A DNA stretch of 64,000 nt, from positions 29,586 through 93,585 of the forward strand of contig CAWHHA010000024.1 of the NCBI GenBank assembly GCA_963828945.1, given 5' to 3'. The notes beneath the pieces are model-generated. The model searched no databases. It was not told where the DNA came from and saw nothing but the letters and a program-made list of their open reading frames with translations. Of the stretch, positions 35,004-45,110 are shown in pieces. The position numbers and the translations under genes were made by a program. This DNA comes from an uncultured beta proteobacterium. GTDB lineage: Bacteria > Pseudomonadota > Gammaproteobacteria > Burkholderiales > Thiobacillaceae. Every line of letters starts with the position of its first letter. The first letter of the stretch is position 1.

Positions 35004-35077
35004 TGGAGCGGGAGAAGGGAATCGAACCCTCGTCATAAGTTTGGAAAACTTCTGCTCTACCATTGAGCTACACCCGC
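35004..35077 (-). tRNA. tRNA-Gly (TCC)
   Basis: 74-nt cloverleaf, loop TTTCCAA, TCCA end. Confidence 0.95.
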
Positions 35078-35115
35078 TGCGCACCGCCCAAGTCACCTCA
35101 GGCAGTTAAAAAATC

Positions 35116-35200
35116 TGGTGGTGGGGGAAGGATTCGAACCTTCGAAGGCAGAGCCGTCAGATTTACAGTCTGATCCCTTTGACCGCTCGGGAACCCCACC
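35116..35200 (-). tRNA. tRNA-Tyr (GTA)
   Basis: 85 nt with long variable arm, loop CTGTAAA. Confidence 0.97.
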
Positions 35201-35215
35201 CAAACGAAGCCCGAG

Positions 35216-35245
35216 ATTATAGTGGCTTTCAGAATCCGCTGTCAA
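35216..35245 (-). promoter_or_regulatory. tRNA-tuf operon sigma70 promoter
   Basis: TTGACA-18nt-TATAAT with a GC-rich discriminator just upstream of tRNA-Tyr. Confidence 0.8.
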
Positions 35246-35283
35246 ACACTCCCCGCAATTATCACCTGCTCTCAACCTCCCGC

Positions 35284-36375
35284 TCAGACGTTGAACAGGA
35301 AATTCATGACGTCGCCATCCTTCACAACGTATTCCTTGCCCTCGGCGCGCATCTTGCCCGCCTCCTTGGCGCCCTGCTCACCCTTGCAGGCGATGAAATC
35401 CTCGAACGCGATGGTCTGCGCGCGGATGAAACCCCGCTCGAAGTCAGTATGGATGACGCCGGCGGCCTGCGGGCCGGTGTCGCCTTTGTGGATCGTCCAG
35501 GCACGCACTTCTTTCACCCCGGCCGTGAAATAGGTTTGCAGACCGAGCAGGTCGTAGGCGGCGCGAATCAGGCGATTCAGGCCCGGCTCGTCCCAGCCCA
35601 GTTCCTTCAGGTATTCAACGCGCTCATCTTCCGACAGCTCCTGCAATTCGGCCTCCAGCGCGGCGCACACCGGCACCACCGGCGCGCCCTCCTTTTCGGC
35701 GAACGCTTTCAGCGCATCGAGCATGGGGTTGTCGTGAAAGCCGTCTTCACTGACGTTGGCGACATACAGCGTGGGCTTGACCGTCAACAGGCATAGCGGC
35801 TTGATCACCTCCAGCCCCTCTGCATCGAGTCCGGCGGCGCGCGCCGGGCGACCCTCGTTGAGCGCAGCGAGCACCGGCTTCAAGGCGTCCGCGATCACTT
35901 TCGCGTCCTTGTCGCCCCCGCGCGCCGCTTTTTCATAGCGTATCAAGGCTTTTTCGGCACTCGCCAGGTCAGCCAGCGCCAACTCGGTCGCAATGGTTTC
36001 GATATCCGACAGCGGATCGACCTTGCCCGCGACGTGAATCACGTTTTCGTCGTGGAAACAGCGCACCACATGGCAGATCGCGTCGGTTTCGCGAATGGTG
36101 GCCAGAAACTGGTTACCCAGGCCCTCGCCTTTTGATGCGCCCGCCACCAGGCCGGCGATATCGACAAATTCCACAATCGCCGGAACGACTCTCTGCGGCT
36201 TGATGATCTCGGCAAGCTGCTTCAGGCGTGGATCGGGCACCTCGACCACGCCTGTATTGGGCTCAATGGTGCAAAAAGGGTAGTTTTCCGCTGCGATGCC
36301 CGCCTGGGTCAGCGCATTGAAAAGCGTGGATTTTCCGACGTTGGGCAAGCCAACAATGCCGCATTTTAGGCTCAT
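35284..36375 (-). CDS. ychF: Ribosome-binding ATPase YchF
   Basis: [28 protein letters not shown]-type C-terminus. Confidence 0.98.
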   Translation of the reverse strand: MSLKCGIVGLPNVGKSTLFNALTQAGIAAENYPFCTIEPNTGVVEVPDPRLKQLAEIIKPQRVVPAIVEFVDIAGLVAGASKGEGLGNQFLATIRETDAICHVVRCFHDENVIHVAGKVDPLSDIETIATELALADLASAEKALIRYEKAARGGDKDAKVIADALKPVLAALNEGRPARAAGLDAEGLEVIKPLCLLTVKPTLYVANVSEDGFHDNPMLDALKAFAEKEGAPVVPVCAALEAELQELSEDERVEYLKELGWDEPGLNRLIRAAYDLLGLQTYFTAGVKEVRAWTIHKGDTGPQAAGVIHTDFERGFIRAQTIAFEDFIACKGEQGAKEAGKMRAEGKEYVVKDGDVMNFLFNV

Positions 36376-36968
36376 GATTTTTCCTGGATTTTGGGTGGGG
36401 CGGGTTTGGTGTTGGCACGCTGGATGGCCGCGTTCCAGTCATCTTTTTCAATCAGGGACATCAGATCGAGCGCTCGCTCAATCGCACTATCGATGTCGGA
36501 CTGCTCTTCGCGGCGCGGCGGCTTCAACACGTAATTCACCACCTCATTGCGGTCGCCGGGATGACCGATGCCGATACGCAGCCGCCAGTAATCCTGCGTA
36601 CCCAGATGCGACGTGATGTCCTTGAGGCCGTTGTGGCCGCCCATGCCGCCGCCAAACTTGAGGCGCAACTGGCCCGGCGGAATGTCGAGCTCGTCGTGCA
36701 CCACCAGAATCTCGGCTGGCTCGATGCGATGGAAGCGCGCAAGCGCGGCAACCGCCTGGCCGGAACGATTCATGAAGGTTTGCGGCAGCAGCACCCACAC
36801 ATTGCGGGCGCTTTTGCCAACGATGCCATGGAAACGCGACTCCATCGCCAGCGACGCCCCCCACGTTTGCGCGAGCCGCGCGCAAAACCAAAACCCGGCG
36901 TTATGCCGGGTTTCTTCGTAGTCGCGCCCCGGGTTACCGAGGCCGACAATCAGGCGAGGCGCCGTCAT
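36372..36968 (-). CDS. pth: Peptidyl-tRNA hydrolase
   Basis: GLGNPG, TRHNAGF, FMNRSG, HDELD, GGHNGLK. Confidence 0.98.
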   Translation of the reverse strand: MTAPRLIVGLGNPGRDYEETRHNAGFWFCARLAQTWGASLAMESRFHGIVGKSARNVWVLLPQTFMNRSGQAVAALARFHRIEPAEILVVHDELDIPPGQLRLKFGGGMGGHNGLKDITSHLGTQDYWRLRIGIGHPGDRNEVVNYVLKPPRREEQSDIDSAIERALDLMSLIEKDDWNAAIQRANTKPAPPKIQEKS

Positions 36969-37005
36969 GGCGATTCAGAACGCAACGACAGACGGCTGCA
37001 ATTAC

Positions 37006-37623
37006 TCAGGCTGCGGGTGCAGCAGCCCCAGGCGCAGGCTCGTCGGATTTCATGCCTTTGGGCAGTGTGATCGATGCCACTGCAGGATTCTCATGCAGAA
37101 CGTGTGCAACGAGTTCTACACCCTCAGGCAATTTGAGCTCGGCCACATGAATGGAATGCCCCAGTTCCAGACCGCCCATGTCCACGGCGATGAATTCGGG
37201 CAGGTTGCCGGGCAGACAGGTTACGTCGATTTCAGTCATCACATGACTGACCTTGCCACCACCGGTTTTAACGCCAGGTGCAACATCGGCATTGAGGAAA
37301 TGCAACGGCACCTTGACGTGAATTTTGTGGGTTTTGTCGACGCGCTGGAAGTCAACGTGCAGCACTTGCTGCTTGTAGGGGTGCCATTGCGCATCGCGCA
37401 ACAGAACGGATTCCTTGGCGCCGTCGATATTCATCGTCAGCACGGAAGCGTGGAATGCTTCCTTGCGCAGCGAGTGATACAGCGCGTTGTGATCCAGCTC
37501 GATCTGCACGGGGGCAGCGGTGCCGCCGTAGACGATGCCGGGAACCTTGCCCGCGTGACGCAGACGGCGGCTCGCACCCGTACCTTGCAATTCACGCTTG
37601 GCAGCAATAATTTCGATTTCCAT
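37006..37623 (-). CDS. rplY: 50S ribosomal protein L25/Ctc (long form)
   Basis: [21 protein letters not shown]; ATG at 37623 after GGAG. Confidence 0.97.
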   Translation of the reverse strand: MEIEIIAAKRELQGTGASRRLRHAGKVPGIVYGGTAAPVQIELDHNALYHSLRKEAFHASVLTMNIDGAKESVLLRDAQWHPYKQQVLHVDFQRVDKTHKIHVKVPLHFLNADVAPGVKTGGGKVSHVMTEIDVTCLPGNLPEFIAVDMGGLELGHSIHVAELKLPEGVELVAHVLHENPAVASITLPKGMKSDEPAPGAAAPAA

Positions 37624-37693
37624 AGTGTTTCTCCAATTTTCACAACATAAGTAAAGACAACCCGCCCCCGCGACCAGGGGCATTCCACGCCCG

Positions 37694-38644
37694 CTACTCA
37701 ATAAAGAGCGAGCTGACAGAATCTTCATTGCTGATGCGGCGGATGGTTTCCGCCAGCAATTCAGCCACCGACAATTGCCGGATTTTTTTGCACGCCAGCG
37801 CATCATCGCGCAGCGGAATGGTGTCGGTCACCACCAGCTCATCCAGCGCGGAGTTCGTCACGCGCTCGGCCGCAGTGCCCGACAACACCGCATGGGTGCA
37901 ATACGCCATCACCTGCTTCGCGCCATGCTCTTTCAGCGCGTTGGCCGCCTCGCACAGCGTGTTGGCGGTATCGACCATGTCATCCATGATGATGCAGGTG
38001 CGGCCTCTCACGTCACCGATGATATTCATCACCTTGGCGACGTTGGGCCGGGGACGGCGCTTGTCGATAATCGCCAGCTCGCATTCGAGGCGCTTGGCAA
38101 TCGCCCGCGCCCGCACCACGCCGCCCACATCAGGCGACACCACCATCAGGTTCGGATGATTGCGTTTCCAGATGTCGCCCAGCAGGATCGGGCTGGAATA
38201 AATGTTGTCAACCGGGACGTCGAAAAAGCCCTGAATCTGGTCCGAGTGCAGATCCATCGTCAGCACGCGATCGATGCCCGCGCCCTGCAACATGTTGGCC
38301 ACCACCTTGGCCGTGATCGCCACCCGCGCCGAACGGGTTCGGCGGTCCTGGCGCGCATAGCCGTAATAAGGGATGGCGGCAGTGATGCGGCCGGCCGACG
38401 CGCGCTTCAGCGCATCCACCATCACCATCACTTCCATCAAGGTGTCATTGGTCGGCTGGCAGGTCGATTGCAGCACGAACACGTCCTTGCCGCGCACGTT
38501 CTCGAGGATTTCGACCATCACCTCGCCATCGGAAAAGCGCGACACCGTCGCGCGGCCAAGGCGAATGTTGAGATGGCGCACCACATCGTTGGCTAGGCGG
38601 GGGTTGGCATTCCCACTAAACACCATCAAGTTGTCTATGGACAC
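37694..38644 (-). CDS. prs: Ribose-phosphate pyrophosphokinase
   Basis: [33 protein letters not shown]. Confidence 0.98.
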   Translation of the reverse strand: MSIDNLMVFSGNANPRLANDVVRHLNIRLGRATVSRFSDGEVMVEILENVRGKDVFVLQSTCQPTNDTLMEVMVMVDALKRASAGRITAAIPYYGYARQDRRTRSARVAITAKVVANMLQGAGIDRVLTMDLHSDQIQGFFDVPVDNIYSSPILLGDIWKRNHPNLMVVSPDVGGVVRARAIAKRLECELAIIDKRRPRPNVAKVMNIIGDVRGRTCIIMDDMVDTANTLCEAANALKEHGAKQVMAYCTHAVLSGTAAERVTNSALDELVVTDTIPLRDDALACKKIRQLSVAELLAETIRRISNEDSVSSLFIE

Positions 38645-38674
38645 GCGCGTCTCCGGCGATTGGACTCAAACACC

Positions 38675-38705
38675 AAAACAAAAACAGCCGCCACGGGCGG
38701 CTGTT
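38675..38705 (-). terminator. Intrinsic terminator after tRNA-Gln
   Basis: AACAGCCGCC-CGT-GGCGGCTG followed by TTTTTGTTTT. Confidence 0.7.
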
Positions 38706-38715
38706 CACATAATCC

Positions 38716-38790
38716 TGGCTGGGGAGGTAGGGATCGAACCTACGAATGTCGGAATCAAAATCCGATGCCTTACCACTTGGCGACTCCCCA
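38716..38790 (-). tRNA. tRNA-Gln (TTG)
   Basis: 75-nt cloverleaf TGGGGAG...CCCCAGCCA, anticodon TTG; usual ispE-prs position. Confidence 0.97.
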
Positions 38791-38826
38791 ACGGGTACTA
38801 CTGATAAACGAGTAAACCGGTACGAC

Positions 38827-39660
38827 TCAGGCGCAATACTCAAACAGCGGGTGCCTGTCGAGTCCCTGCGCCACAAAACCCTGCATCGTTTCGGGCAATT
38901 GACGCAACGCGTTCCACGCTGCCTCTTCCGTCCCGAATGATGCAAACACACAGGCACCTGAACCGGTCATTTGCGCCTCCCCGAACTGCGCCAGCCATGC
39001 AAGTGCACGGGAGACTTCGGGGTAGCGGCTTACAACCACCGGCTGCAGGTCATTTCGACCCATGCCTGCGGAAAAGCGCGCTATTTTAAGGGCAGGCGTG
39101 TTGCGCGTCAATTCCGGCGCAGCAAAAATTGCAGCTGTCGGCACCTGTACCGGTGGCATCAACACCACATACCACGCTGGCGGCACGCTCAACGGGCACA
39201 GAACCTCGCCCACCCCTTCAGCAAACGCAGTCTGGCCGAACACGAACACCGGCACATCAGCGCCCAGTTGCAGCGCAAGCGTTTGCAAGTCTTCACGCGA
39301 CAGGTTGATCTGCCACAGACGATTCAGCGCCAGCAGGACGGTGGCAGCATCCGAGCTGCCGCCACCGAGCCCGCCGCCCATCGGCAGGATTTTTTCAAGC
39401 CGGATATTCACGCCCGCGCCTTCCGGAGCATACGTTTGCAGCAGCCGCGCAGCACGTACCGTCAGGTCATCGTCTTCAGCCACGCCGGGCAAGTCGCGCT
39501 CGCGCACTATCCGGCCATCGTCACGCAATTCCAGATGCACCGTGTCGGCGCGATCGATCAAGCGGAATACGCTTTGCAACAAGTGGTAGCCGTCTGCGCG
39601 ACGGCCCACCACGTGCAAAAACAGGTTGAGTTTGGCGGGGGCGGGGTAGGCGTGGCTCAT
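38827..39660 (-). CDS. ispE: 4-diphosphocytidyl-2-C-methyl-D-erythritol kinase
   Basis: PAPAKLNLFL, PMGGGLGGGSSDAA, LGADVPVF, MTGSGACVF. Confidence 0.98.
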   Translation of the reverse strand: MSHAYPAPAKLNLFLHVVGRRADGYHLLQSVFRLIDRADTVHLELRDDGRIVRERDLPGVAEDDDLTVRAARLLQTYAPEGAGVNIRLEKILPMGGGLGGGSSDAATVLLALNRLWQINLSREDLQTLALQLGADVPVFVFGQTAFAEGVGEVLCPLSVPPAWYVVLMPPVQVPTAAIFAAPELTRNTPALKIARFSAGMGRNDLQPVVVSRYPEVSRALAWLAQFGEAQMTGSGACVFASFGTEEAAWNALRQLPETMQGFVAQGLDRHPLFEYCA

Positions 39661-40223
39661 TCGGTTGTCCAGCTATCGGCGACCAGGCGAATTTCCAGCC
39701 CGTCGCGCGCCACCACCAGCTTGCGCGGGCGCGCAGGCGTGTCAGCGGCATATTGATAATCGATCACCCAGCCATCCTGTTTAAGTTGCGCCAGCCGTCC
39801 AGCGTCGTCACGCCTGCTTTCAAAAAACCGGTCGGGCGCGGGCAACGCCTGCACCCACCAAACCAGCCCGGAAACCGGCAGCGAATAGCCCAGGGCTTCA
39901 CGCGTCAGGGTTTCAACGTCCGCCGCGTGCCGCGCAGGCTGATTGGGTATGTCGAGCACCGCGCCCTCAGCATTGATCACGATGCGGGCGACGCCCTGCC
40001 CCAGCGGCGAGGTCAGCAGCAACTCGTCCGATTGCTCACGGTGTTGCCAGTGAAGCGTCCCCGATACGTTCTGCTCATCGGTTTGAATCCCGATCCGCCC
40101 CTGCAGGGTCCAGTTGGCCGATAGCTGCGCGCCCACTGGCGCAGATGGAACCGGAGCCGTGGTGGCACACCCGCTTAGTGCCAGCGCCAGCGCCAGCCAC
40201 AATGCCGCAATCCTCCGCGTCAT
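39657..40223 (-). CDS. lolB: Outer-membrane lipoprotein insertase LolB
   Basis: Lipobox LSGC, SPLGQG, LPVSGLVWWV, QDGWVIDY; next to ispE. Confidence 0.93.
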   Translation of the reverse strand: MTRRIAALWLALALALSGCATTAPVPSAPVGAQLSANWTLQGRIGIQTDEQNVSGTLHWQHREQSDELLLTSPLGQGVARIVINAEGAVLDIPNQPARHAADVETLTREALGYSLPVSGLVWWVQALPAPDRFFESRRDDAGRLAQLKQDGWVIDYQYAADTPARPRKLVVARDGLEIRLVADSWTTE

Positions 40224-41980
40224 CAGGGTTTCAGCCGATGCAGGGTTTCCAGCAACACTTCATTTTGGGGGTGGGTCTGCAGACTGGTCTGCCACAGCTT
40301 GCCGGCCTCGTCGCGCTGCCCGCGTGCCCACAGCACTTCGCCCAGATGGGCGGCAATTTCAGGGTCGGGACGCAGTTTGTAGGCACGATCCAGATATTCC
40401 TGCGCTTTGGCCAGATTGCCTGCGCGGAATTGCGCCCAGCCAACGCTATCCAGAATGTAGGCATCGTTGGGCGCCAGCGACAGTGCCTTGTCCAGCAGGG
40501 CGATCGCTTCGGCCAGGCGACTGGTGCGATCCGCCAGCGTATATCCCAGTGCGTTGTAGGCCTGCGCATTGTCCGGGCGCAGCACGATGACCTTGCGCAA
40601 ATCCGTTTCCAGCACATCCAGCTTGCCCAGTTTTTCGGCCACCATGGCGCGGTCGTAATACAGATCAGCCGCGTTCGGGAAGCGCTTGATGCCCGCCGAC
40701 AGCGTTTCGAATGCCTGCGCGTATTGCTTGCTGTCGCCCAGCAACTCGGACTGCGCCTGAATCAAGCGCACGTTTTGCGCCTCGTTTTCGCCATGCGTAA
40801 ACGCCAGCAGCGCCTGGGCTTCATTCGGCTTGCCTGCCTGTACCAGCAATGCAGCCTGGCGCGCGCGCGCAGGAACCAGATAATTTCCCGTCTTGACCTC
40901 GGCGTATCGTGCCGCCGCCACCTCGGGCTGCTTCGCACGCTCGGCCACCTGCCCCAGGTAGTAATACACCATGTCCGCATCGCGCGGGTCGTATTCCAGC
41001 GTCTCCGTCAGCAGGCCACGCGCCGCCTCAAGATCGCCCATTTGCAGCGCCAGCAAGCCTGCCGCCAGGGTGACTTCGGCATTGCGTGGCATTTCCTGTG
41101 CCAGGCGGGTGAACTCGGCGCGTGCTTCAGCGATCTGATTGGCGCTGACCAGTGAACGCGCATAGGCCAGCCGCACTTCGCGTGCATCCGGATACGTCAG
41201 CAGAAATTCGCGCATGAACGTCAGCGAATCGGTCAACGAGCTTTTGGCCAGAATCTGCGCACGCATCAACGCCGCCGGTTCCCAGCCCGGACGCAACGTG
41301 TCAGCCTGCTTCAGCGCGGCAACGGCAACATCCATGCGTCCATCGTGAGCCGCCGCCTGCGCCACCGCAAAGCGTGCTTCAGGCAACGCCGGGTAATCCG
41401 CCGCCAGACGCTCGGTCATGGCCAACGCAGCCTGATGGTCACGGATCTTGCCCATCAAGGACGACAACTGCAAAAAGACGTTGGCTGGATCTTGTTTCAG
41501 CAAATTACGCAGGATAGGTTCCGCTTCATCGAGCCTGCCCTCGTTCAGCAGCAGACCCACCACGGTTTGTTGCGCGCGCTCCGAATCCGGCTCAGCCGCT
41601 GCCCACAGTTGGGCAGCTTCCAGCGCACCCGCCTGATTGCGTGCAAACATCGACACCTCGGTAGCACGACGGGCAATACGCGGGTCGCGCGTCTGTCGCG
41701 CCAGATCCATATAAGCCGGTTGCGCCACACCCATTGCACCGCGCTGCCCGGCCACTTCGGCCACCAGAAATTTGAACAGGATGTCCGGCGTCAGCGGTTG
41801 CTTGGGGTACGCCTCCTCCGCCTTGGCCTTGGCGACCTTGGCCGCCTCCTCTGCTGCCGCATCTGCAGCGGCCTGCTGCGACTCAACCGCTTCCGGTTGC
41901 GAGGCTTTTACAGCGGGCTGGCTGCATGCGGTGAACAGCAGCAGGGCGCCGTAAAGAGGAAGGAGTTTGAACGACGTCAT
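40223..41980 (-). CDS. TPR-repeat lipoprotein
   Basis: Lipobox FTAC, multiple TPRs, AYNALGYTLADR, DSVGW, PDPEIAAHLGEVLW; typical lolB neighbour. Confidence 0.88.
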   Translation of the reverse strand: MTSFKLLPLYGALLLFTACSQPAVKASQPEAVESQQAAADAAAEEAAKVAKAKAEEAYPKQPLTPDILFKFLVAEVAGQRGAMGVAQPAYMDLARQTRDPRIARRATEVSMFARNQAGALEAAQLWAAAEPDSERAQQTVVGLLLNEGRLDEAEPILRNLLKQDPANVFLQLSSLMGKIRDHQAALAMTERLAADYPALPEARFAVAQAAAHDGRMDVAVAALKQADTLRPGWEPAALMRAQILAKSSLTDSLTFMREFLLTYPDAREVRLAYARSLVSANQIAEARAEFTRLAQEMPRNAEVTLAAGLLALQMGDLEAARGLLTETLEYDPRDADMVYYYLGQVAERAKQPEVAAARYAEVKTGNYLVPARARQAALLVQAGKPNEAQALLAFTHGENEAQNVRLIQAQSELLGDSKQYAQAFETLSAGIKRFPNAADLYYDRAMVAEKLGKLDVLETDLRKVIVLRPDNAQAYNALGYTLADRTSRLAEAIALLDKALSLAPNDAYILDSVGWAQFRAGNLAKAQEYLDRAYKLRPDPEIAAHLGEVLWARGQRDEAGKLWQTSLQTHPQNEVLLETLHRLKP

Positions 41981-42064
41981 GCTGATTACCTTGTTGGAAG
42001 GATTACTGGTCAAGATTCTAAGCTTTCGAGGCCTGCCCGCAAGCAAGGTTCATTCGATCCGCCA

Positions 42065-43288
42065 TTATTGCGAACGCAAGGCCTCGATCGGATCAAGCCC
42101 GGCGGCACGGCGCGCGGGATAAAAACCAAAAAACACCCCGATAAGAAAGGACACACCGACTGCCAGCAGCACCGAAGTTGGCGTAACGGCCACCGGCAAA
42201 CCCGCCAGGCCTCCCACCAGGAAGGCCCCGCCGACCCCGAGCAACAGCCCAATGCCGCAGCCGATCAGCGACAGCGTCAGCGCCTCGATCAGAAACTGCC
42301 ACAGCACGTCGCGCCGGCGCGCGCCGATTGCCATGCGGATGCCGATTTCACGGGTGCGCTCGGTCACCGACACCAGCATGATGTTCATGATGCCGATGCC
42401 GCCCACCACCAGCGAAATGGCGGCGATGGTGCCGAGCAGGATGCTCATGATGCGGGTGGTGGCGGCGGCGGTTTCGGCGATGGCGGTGAGATTGCGCACG
42501 CTGAAGTCGTCATCCTGGCCTACCCCGATGCGGTGACGGCTGCGCAGCAGGTCAGTAATGGTGGACTCAGCGACCCCCATGTTTTTTTCCGACACCGCCT
42601 GCGCCATGATGAAGCGGGCGCGATTGCGAATGGCATTGCTGTGGATTTTTTGCTGCGCGCTGCTGATCGGCACCATTACGATATCGTCCTGGTCGCGCCC
42701 GTCCAGGCTTTGCCCCTTGGCCGCCAGCACGCCGATGATCTCGAACGGCGCCTGCTTGATGCGGATGATCTTGCCGATCGGATCTTCGTCGCCGAACAGT
42801 TCGCGCACCACCACCTGCCCGATCACCGCCACCCGCGCGCCGCTGCGCACGTCGGCCTCGTTGAAAAAGCCGCCCGACTCCATCGGCCAGTCGCGCACCA
42901 CCACATAGTCGGGCGTGGTGCCGAACACCGAAGTGCTCCAGTTGATGCCGTTATAAATCAGTTGCGCGCTGCCGGACGAGACGGGCGCAGCCGCCAGCAC
43001 GTCTTTCAGTTCGTTGATCGCGTCAGCGTCGTCGAAGGTGAGGGTGGGCGCACTGCCGCTGGGTACGCGCGCGCCGCCCGAGGTGCTGGCGCCCGACATG
43101 ATGATGAACAGGTTGCTGCCCATCGATTTGATCGAGTCGCGCACCATCACCTGCGCGCCCTCGCCGATCGCCATCATGAGAATGACCGCCGCGACGCCAA
43201 TGACCATCCCCAGCATGGTCAGAAAACTGCGCATGCGGTGGGTGGTGAGCGCGTGCCAGGCGGTTTCGAGCAGGCTGCTGAAGATCAT
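42065..43288 (-). CDS. MacB-like ABC permease (FtsX domain)
   Basis: RSFLTMLGMVIGV, ISLVVGGIGIMNIMLVSVTERTREIGIR, LDPIEALR. Confidence 0.93.
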   Translation of the reverse strand: MIFSSLLETAWHALTTHRMRSFLTMLGMVIGVAAVILMMAIGEGAQVMVRDSIKSMGSNLFIIMSGASTSGGARVPSGSAPTLTFDDADAINELKDVLAAAPVSSGSAQLIYNGINWSTSVFGTTPDYVVVRDWPMESGGFFNEADVRSGARVAVIGQVVVRELFGDEDPIGKIIRIKQAPFEIIGVLAAKGQSLDGRDQDDIVMVPISSAQQKIHSNAIRNRARFIMAQAVSEKNMGVAESTITDLLRSRHRIGVGQDDDFSVRNLTAIAETAAATTRIMSILLGTIAAISLVVGGIGIMNIMLVSVTERTREIGIRMAIGARRRDVLWQFLIEALTLSLIGCGIGLLLGVGGAFLVGGLAGLPVAVTPTSVLLAVGVSFLIGVFFGFYPARRAAGLDPIEALRSQ

Positions 43289-43989
43289 GCCGCGACCGCC
43301 TCCTGCGTCACGTCTTCCACCACGCGGCCATCCTGAAACCGGATGCGTCGCCGCGCATAGGCGGCGATGTCGGCTTCGTGGGTGACCAGCACCAGGGTGA
43401 TGCCCTCTTCGCGGTTGAGCTGGCTGAAAAAGTCCATCACCTGACGGCTGGTTTCGGTGTCGAGATTGCCGGTCGGTTCGTCGGCAAAAATGATGCGCGG
43501 GCGCGTGGCCAGCGCACGCGCAATCGCCACCCGCTGCTGCTGTCCACCCGACAGTTGCAGCGGCGTGTGATGCGAGCGTTCGCCCAGCCCCACCCGTTCG
43601 AGCATGGCCTGTGCCTGTTGCCGCCGCGCTTCGCGCGCCATGCCGGCGTACATCAGCGGCAACGCGACGTTGTCGAGCGCAGTCAATTTGGGCAGCAGGT
43701 TGAAGCCCTGGAACACAAAGCCGATTTCACGGTTGCGCAAGGCGGCCAGCTGATCGGACGACAAGCGGCTGACATCCTGGCCGTTGAGGTGATAGCTGCC
43801 GCGACTGGGGCGGTCGAGGCAGCCGAGCAGATTCATGAAGGTGCTTTTTCCCGAGCCCGACGCCCCCATGATGGCGACGAACTCGCCTTCGGCGATGACC
43901 AGGCTCACCCCGCGCAGCGCCTGAAACACGCCGGCGCCGGTCGGGTAATCCTTTTCGAGATCGACCACCTCGATCAGCGGCGTAGCCAT
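43285..43989 (-). CDS. MacB/LolD-like ABC ATP-binding protein
   Basis: [27 protein letters not shown]. Confidence 0.94.
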   Translation of the reverse strand: MATPLIEVVDLEKDYPTGAGVFQALRGVSLVIAEGEFVAIMGASGSGKSTFMNLLGCLDRPSRGSYHLNGQDVSRLSSDQLAALRNREIGFVFQGFNLLPKLTALDNVALPLMYAGMAREARRQQAQAMLERVGLGERSHHTPLQLSGGQQQRVAIARALATRPRIIFADEPTGNLDTETSRQVMDFFSQLNREEGITLVLVTHEADIAAYARRRIRFQDGRVVEDVTQEAVAA

Positions 43990-45110
43990 TAGAACAAACG
44001 CCCGCGCGGCATCCCGCTGCCGTTGTCCTTTTTCACCGTCAGGTCGGCCACGACCACCGCATCGCCCGGCTTCAATTTGCCGCTGACGATCTGGGTGTAG
44101 GCCTTGTCGCTGATGCCGGTCTTGACCGTCACCCGCACCGGCTTGCCGTCGGCCAGCACATACACCGCCGAACCGCGCGGCTTGCTGGCGCTCTCGGTCG
44201 CGCTGTCCGCCGGGCGGAAGCGCAAGGCCGTCGTCGGCACCCGCAACACGTTTGGCCGGGTTTCCACCTGTACCCGCAGATTGGCGGTCATCCCCGGCAT
44301 CAGCGCGAGGTCGGCGTTGGCGACATCGACCACCACGTTGTAGGTAACGACGTTCTGCTCGGTTTTGGCGTTCAGCCGCACCTGCCGTACCACGCCGCTG
44401 TAATCGGCGTCGGGAAACGCATCGACACGAAACTTGACCGGCTGCCCGATCTTGACCTGCCCGATATCGGCTTCCGACACGGTGGAGTCGATCTGCATCC
44501 GCGTCAGGTCCTTGCCGATCTGGAACAGCGTCGGCGTCTGGAAACTCGCCGCCACGGTCTGGCCGACATCCACCTGTCGGTCGATCACGGTGCCGTCAAC
44601 CGGCGAACGGATCGTGGTAAAGCCGAGATTGATCTCATCGCGCGCCTGCTGCGCGCGCGCCAGCCGCAATTGCGCCGCTGCCTGCGCCTGCGCGGCGACG
44701 GCCTGATCGAGTTCCAGCCGCGACACGTATTCCTGCTTGAACAAGATCTGCATGCGGGCGGCATTGGCCTGCGCCAGGCTCAGCTGGGCCTGCGCGTTGG
44801 CGACATTGGCGGTGCTTTGCGCCAGCGCGGCCTGAAACAGCGCCGGATCGAGTTCTGCCAGCACCTGCCCGGCTTTCACCTGCTGGTTGAAGTCGGCTTC
44901 GATGCGCTTGACCGTACCCGAAACCTGGGTGCCGACGTTGACCAGCGTGACCGGGTTGAGGGTGCCGTTGGCCGACACCTGGGCGCTGATGTCGCCGCGC
45001 TCCACGGCCTCGGTGCGAAATTGCGGCTCGGTCGGCTGGTCCTTGCTGCTCCACCACCACCCTGCCGCTGCTGCCATCAGCAGCAGTGCAATCATCCCCA
45101 GCTTTTTCAT
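43989..45110 (-). CDS. MacA-like periplasmic adaptor
   Basis: VGTQVSG, IRSPVDGTVI, GQTVAASFQTPTLF, PGMTA; ATG at 45110. Confidence 0.92.
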   Translation of the reverse strand: MKKLGMIALLLMAAAAGWWWSSKDQPTEPQFRTEAVERGDISAQVSANGTLNPVTLVNVGTQVSGTVKRIEADFNQQVKAGQVLAELDPALFQAALAQSTANVANAQAQLSLAQANAARMQILFKQEYVSRLELDQAVAAQAQAAAQLRLARAQQARDEINLGFTTIRSPVDGTVIDRQVDVGQTVAASFQTPTLFQIGKDLTRMQIDSTVSEADIGQVKIGQPVKFRVDAFPDADYSGVVRQVRLNAKTEQNVVTYNVVVDVANADLALMPGMTANLRVQVETRPNVLRVPTTALRFRPADSATESASKPRGSAVYVLADGKPVRVTVKTGISDKAYTQIVSGKLKPGDAVVVADLTVKKDNGSGMPRGRLF

